Assembly: GCA_030141605.1 (NCBI GenBank)
Contig: JAQGDQ010000125.1
Coordinates: 372,001 to 436,000, forward strand
Direction: 5' to 3'
Length of the DNA: 64,000 nt
Origin: Tubiluchus corallicola
Lineage: Eukaryota; Animalia; Priapulida
The notes beneath the pieces are model-generated. The model did no database searches and was not told the origin of the DNA. It worked only from the letters and a program-made list of their open reading frames with translations. A program made the position numbers and the translations under genes. Shown piece after piece: positions 48,824 through 64,000 of the stretch; position 1 is the stretch's first letter, and each line of letters starts with the position of its first letter.

Positions 48824-50661
48824 ATATTTTTCTGCCGCCTTATTTCTTATATGTACATTTGCTGAAAATTCCTGTTGCGAGGCACGCATATCTTTGTAAG
48901 TTCATATAACATTACATAATATTAAATTTATGGGATTCATATGCTTGGAGCAACAAAGCAGTAGTTAACTTGAAGTCAGTGTACAGAATTTTAACAAATA
49001 CATGCAGACTAGTGAACTTTTTAGATTAGTAACCCACAAGTACGATAAATTAGTGTCAGAGAGCTTTCAATTTCTTGTCGACAGTAGCTCGCAAAGCAGT
49101 TCACACTTGCGAGTTTGCTGTCAGAGAGAAAATTCACTAGTGTGAATGCGTTGTTAAGCTTCTCCATTGTGTTACAGTACTTTTGGTGTACAGATGGGAC
49201 CAAGTATAAAGTTGGAATATAACATAATTATATTATTATCGTGCTGTGATGAAGGTTTCGTGATAATACTGAGCATGTCATTATTTAATCCACCCACTTG
49301 CTGTGCCATAATGGTTTTCACGCTACTCACCAAAGTGCTGTTAGAAGTGTAATTCGCAGTGTTATTTTTATTTTTAAGAGTTGAACGTTCATATTCGTTT
49401 GTGATGCGGACCAGCCAGTGAACTTTCATGCTGAATTGTTATTTAAATGATGTACTAAATAAAACAGGTAATGTGATGCCAGATACAAATTTAATGTATC
49501 TCTAAACTTTTTGTTTAGTGACTGTAATCCATTGATAGGTAGTGAACAAAAAGGCAATTTTTGTTTGTGACACTATTAAACTGATTATTTGAACAAATTT
49601 ACCACAATCAGTTTTTACTGTTTCGAAAAACGTTTCAGATGTGTTCAGAAGTATCAAGTTGTTTTAATGAAAAATAAATTATTTTGTATCCACTTTTGTA
49701 AGTTTCTGCTTATTACTGCTCCTTTTGTAAGTTTCTAATTTATAAAAATTCTGTATACTAATGACTAGCCTTTTCTGCAATATATTTTTTGAGACTACTG
49801 CTCCAGCTCTTTTGAAGAGCAAAAAATAAATAAAACCACCCACAAGAAGATTAGTGGAAATAATAGGTTTTAATATTAAAGAAATTATTTATAAAAACAG
49901 GTTTATGCTTTTGTACTTGACATTATAATGCCAAACTATTACTAATATCAACGTCAATATCAGTGATTATACAGAGAAACCTATGTAGACTAAAGCATAT
50001 GCAAATAACAGTAACATAACACTTTGTTTTCAATGAATAAAAATCATATTTTAGGAGATCAGCTATTAAGAATAAATTCAACTAAATGTAACAGAGCAAA
50101 CAAAAGCCAAACAACAAAAAGTAAAAAACTGTAAATGGCAACTTCCTAACTTGACAATTCTAGAAAATAAAAAAAACAGGATATTATATTTGAAAGGATC
50201 ACAATTTAATTTCCCGCAGACAGCTGCAAGTAAATGTGCTAGAAACATATGATTAAAATGGTAAAGAATTATTGCTATATAAGTATTATAGTCTAGAAGT
50301 ATATAACAAAATGAATTTTGTGAATGTCAGCATAATGTACTTGATAAAATCTAAACAAATAATTGAAAATACTGTTAGTGCAGCGAAACAATTCAAAACT
50401 ATTGACTCGTGAAGTATTATTACTATATGATTCCTGCAGTATAGATATGTACAGCAAAATTTGTTTTGCCAATGTGGAAGACAACAATGCACTTGAGGGA
50501 ATTCACACAAATATTAATGAATATACAGCGAATGAAACTGATAATGACTAAAAAAGGAGATAAATAACTCAAGTGTTGTAAACTACATACTAAAATAACA
50601 CTACAAAAAAACAAAAACTTCTTTTTTAGTAAAAGAGCTTCTGCTCTATGCTTTCTGTTTA

Positions 50662-51872
50662 CAGTATAATCCACTTATAACGAGACCTGGTATAATGAGT
50701 CTGTTGTTATTATGAGCAAATTTCAGTCCTGCCAAATCTTAGGCTTATATAATACATTTGAAAATATATTTGAACCTTGCTTACAGTGAGCTCCGATATT
50801 ATGAGATCTTGCTTATTACGAGGGAATTTTACTGCCCTATGACTGGGTTTTCCCCTAGCGAGTGCGAGGTCTAAAACAGTGGGTAAAATTTCAATAGGCA
50901 CCGTTCACCAAGGCAAAAAGGTCAATGCACCCGGTGGTGATTAATTTATTGATTGTGCATAAAAAATATGTATGAATGTATCAAGTACAGCACATATTGC
51001 TGGTAGGTCTGCATGCGGTTGTACTTGTTCTGCTATAATTAAGCAGACAATGATTCAGACACAGCAAAGACCAGTTTGTCAATATGTTAGCCTAAATGAC
51101 ACAGTCTAAATTTTTGTTTTTTTTGTGTCCTCGCCTGGAACTGATAATGACATGTTCTCATGTCTCTCATAACTTGTCAGCTTCTTGACCAAGCTCTGCT
51201 CTGGTACAATTTGATGTAAAGCAGGCAAAAATAACCAAGTTTTTCAAAAAATAAGCTCTCATACTTTGCAAACTAAATAATTCTGTGACTTTTCAAAGTT
51301 CAATTTTAAATAAAAATACTTTTAAATAAATAATTACCGTGATTTTACATTACGTAAAACATAAGCATGGTTTAACTATTATATCCAACGTAGGTCCTGC
51401 TGAAATACTTATAATCATAACTAATGCACATGCGCACAGCTATTTAAATAAAAACAGAGATATCCAGGCGAAGTCGTTTTCTACCCACACAGGCATCGAA
51501 GGTCTTGCATATGTTTATACTGTAGCACCACGTAAAACACAAGTTCTCAGCTATCGGCAGACGATACAATGAATCACAGCAGCTGTAACTCACATGGCAA
51601 TTTTATGCAGGGACTTATTCCATAAATGCTGACATAATCCTGGAAATAACAGTTTGTACACTATAAGTTTACTCTTTTGTGACAAAATAGTTACTGAACA
51701 GTGGCACTCATTAAGAAACTTGTGCCAGTCTCAAAAGAAAGTGTTCTTTTCATCATTACATCGTTCAATCCTGCACATACACACAGAAAATTGACTTTGG
51801 CTATAACGAGACTCAGTTATAGCAAGCAAAATTTCATGGTCTCTCAAAACTCATTACAAGCAGATTATACTG
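50662..51872 (+). mobile_element. Tigger-derived non-autonomous element, 1.2 kb
   Basis: TA|CAGTATAATCCACTTATAACGAG ... CTCATTACAAGCAGATTATACTG|TA. Subterminal tataacgagac repeats. Residual KQAKITKFFKK* at 51219-51254. Confidence 0.8.
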
Positions 51873-51951
51873 TATTACAATAATATAGGAAAGCATTATG
51901 AATACAAACTTTAGGTCAATAAATCGCTAAACAGTTTTGTATATGATGTCG

Positions 51952-62017
<10,066 letters not shown>

Positions 62018-62591
62018 CTGAAATAATACCAGTAGCGCAATATAAAAGCTGCAAATGCAACTATACCTGTAAAAAAGCTAATTCAATGCAGCTGAAAAAA
62101 AGCTGGAAATATAATTTTGTAGCTCCCAATCTTTTAATCTGTTCTTAAATATGTATTATGTTCCAAAGTGTGAAAAGAGGAAGTGAGGAAAAGATGCCTA
62201 TTGTTACGTATTTCGTTTTTGAGATTAGCGGCTACGACGGCGGCATCAAACAGCGGATGATTAAAAATTTTTGAACCGCACATTGACTGTAATAATAATA
62301 TTCTGAAGTTCACCAATAGTGTTGTCATACTCGCAATTTTGATAAGCCAAAATCACTTGTGCGTTTTTAATAAAAGAAGAATATCTCAAGTAAAAGTAAT
62401 TATTAGTTTAAAAAAACTAAAAACATTTCATAAAAATGAAAAACAGTTGTAGCAGTAAGTTTGTATTATGTACTTGCTAATACTTCTTCAGTTTTCTTGT
62501 AAGTAAAATTTTACTGTTCTTCCCGAGGAAAGAGGCTAGACTATGTAAAAAAGCAATGCCTTTTTATTGATTTTTCTCTCCCTCCCACTCT

Positions 62592-62693
62592 TAGAGAGAA
62601 AAAGAGGGAGGGAGAAAGAGAGAGAGTGAGAGGGAGAGAAAGAAAGAGAGAGACAGAGAAAGGGGGAGGGAGAGACAGACACATGCAGAGAGA
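62592..62693. repeat. GA-rich low-complexity tract
   Basis: agagagaaaaagagggagggagaaagagagagag... Confidence 0.8.
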
Positions 62694-64000
62694 TCCTTCT
62701 TTTCCTTTTGTTGAAAGTTCTGCCATTTGTTTCTTGGTCGTTTTATTCCAATGCAAGGTGGCGAATTTGGCACATTAAAAATTGCACCCATTTATGTGCC
62801 CTGCAATTAATCTATATAATTACATATATATTATATTGTAGGTTTGTATATAAATAATGCGCACACATGCTCGCACACAACAAGTAATTGCATACGGTGC
62901 TTCATATACTAATAATCAATACAGTAGCAGAGATGAGTAGGTCTGGACTGCCAACCTAGGGCATTGTAACGTCTTGATACACACATGCACACACACTCAT
63001 ATACAGGTATGATGTATGCATTATTACATACAGAGATTCTATGAAGTTGAGCCTATTATGTTTAACAATATGAATTGATTGCCCTTAACACCTAGGCCTA
63101 TATAAAATCAATTAGTTTAAGCCCATCAATAAATAAATTATTTATCAAGACTTGTCTGTAGATTTAGCCACAGGTGCTATGACCCACCTGCAGATTCTAA
63201 ATTATGTGCCAGGTTGGCTTCTCACCTGAATTCTGTAACTTCATTTTAACCTATTAGTATATTAGTTATTTTGATATTAGTTGGTTGTTATAGTAGTAAT
63301 TTATTGATTTTTGGCCAATAGGTCCGATCAAACAACAAACACCCATATAACAAGATTTTACATACAAATGCGAACAAACTTAGTTACAGCACATTGAATA
63401 GTGACATCACGAGATTGCATCATACAAGTTAGTTTGTCATCAATATTTTAAACATAATGTGGAAGAGGTGGAAATAATGCCGGCTGCTTAGGATGACAGC
63501 TCTGATGTTTCGTTTTGTTATTTTTTGTTCACTTTCAATAAAAACGAGGAGTAATGTCATAAATGCATCTCCGTTTGTACAACGTGATTTTATAACCAAC
63601 TCCAACTCATAACAATGGCCAATGTACGATTATATGCTTTTTAAACAACTTTTAACTTGGAATTAACAAAACATCCAGATACTTAGATTAAGTTGTATTC
63701 TGGAAAAATTATTTGCTCTTCTGAAAAAATCGATTTTTTTTTCTACGAAAAGTATTACACTTGAGAGTCGGGCCTAATATCTCTTCAAGCTATATTTCCT
63801 GAAAAAAATATTTTATAGGAAAATTTTTTTAGAAAAAATATTTCTCCACAAAGAGAATTCTACATGAGATACGTATTTGCAAACTTTCTTTATATTAACT
63901 TTCTTATTAATTATTACAAACTCATTAACTTTCTTAACTTCTTTTGTAAATAAGCCTATTAATTTTCATGAGATATGAATATAATAGTTTTATTTTAACT

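Noticed and set aside
62018-64000. Upstream HELLS exons
   Set aside because: No frame with the expected YQxxG..W motif was found. The region is treated as intron with repeat fragments.

Overview
AT-rich, intron-rich eukaryotic genomic DNA, most likely from an invertebrate animal; nothing here is prokaryotic. I read seven protein-coding genes. (1) A DUF4590/ERICH3-like gene (- strand, ~45-4555). (2) MCM3 (- strand, 6397-28264, about 21 coding exons). (3) An intronless TK2-type deoxynucleoside kinase (+ strand, 14019-14798), nested antisense in MCM3's 7.8-kb intron. (4) TSEN34 (+ strand, 29115-36943), head-to-head with MCM3 across a perfect E2F site. (5) A WW+BAG co-chaperone, BAG3-like (- strand, 38432-44556). 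(6) A short GCC2/GCC185-like GRIP golgin with a single coding exon (+ strand, 46553-48823). (7) HELLS/LSH (- strand, 51952-62017), with its 5' end not found in the window. Introns and spacers hold several Tc1/mariner-pogo (Tigger) and hAT non-autonomous elements, a decayed Tigger transposase, a LINE relic and several recent tandem duplications. I found no clearly new biological system. The most interesting observations are the nested TK2, a HELLS intron built of back-to-back GT..AG units, the short intronless GCC2, and a Tigger derivative that keeps a PIP-box. Exon coordinates were read by eye and may be off by a few bases. Family assignments rest on recalled motifs, not database searches.
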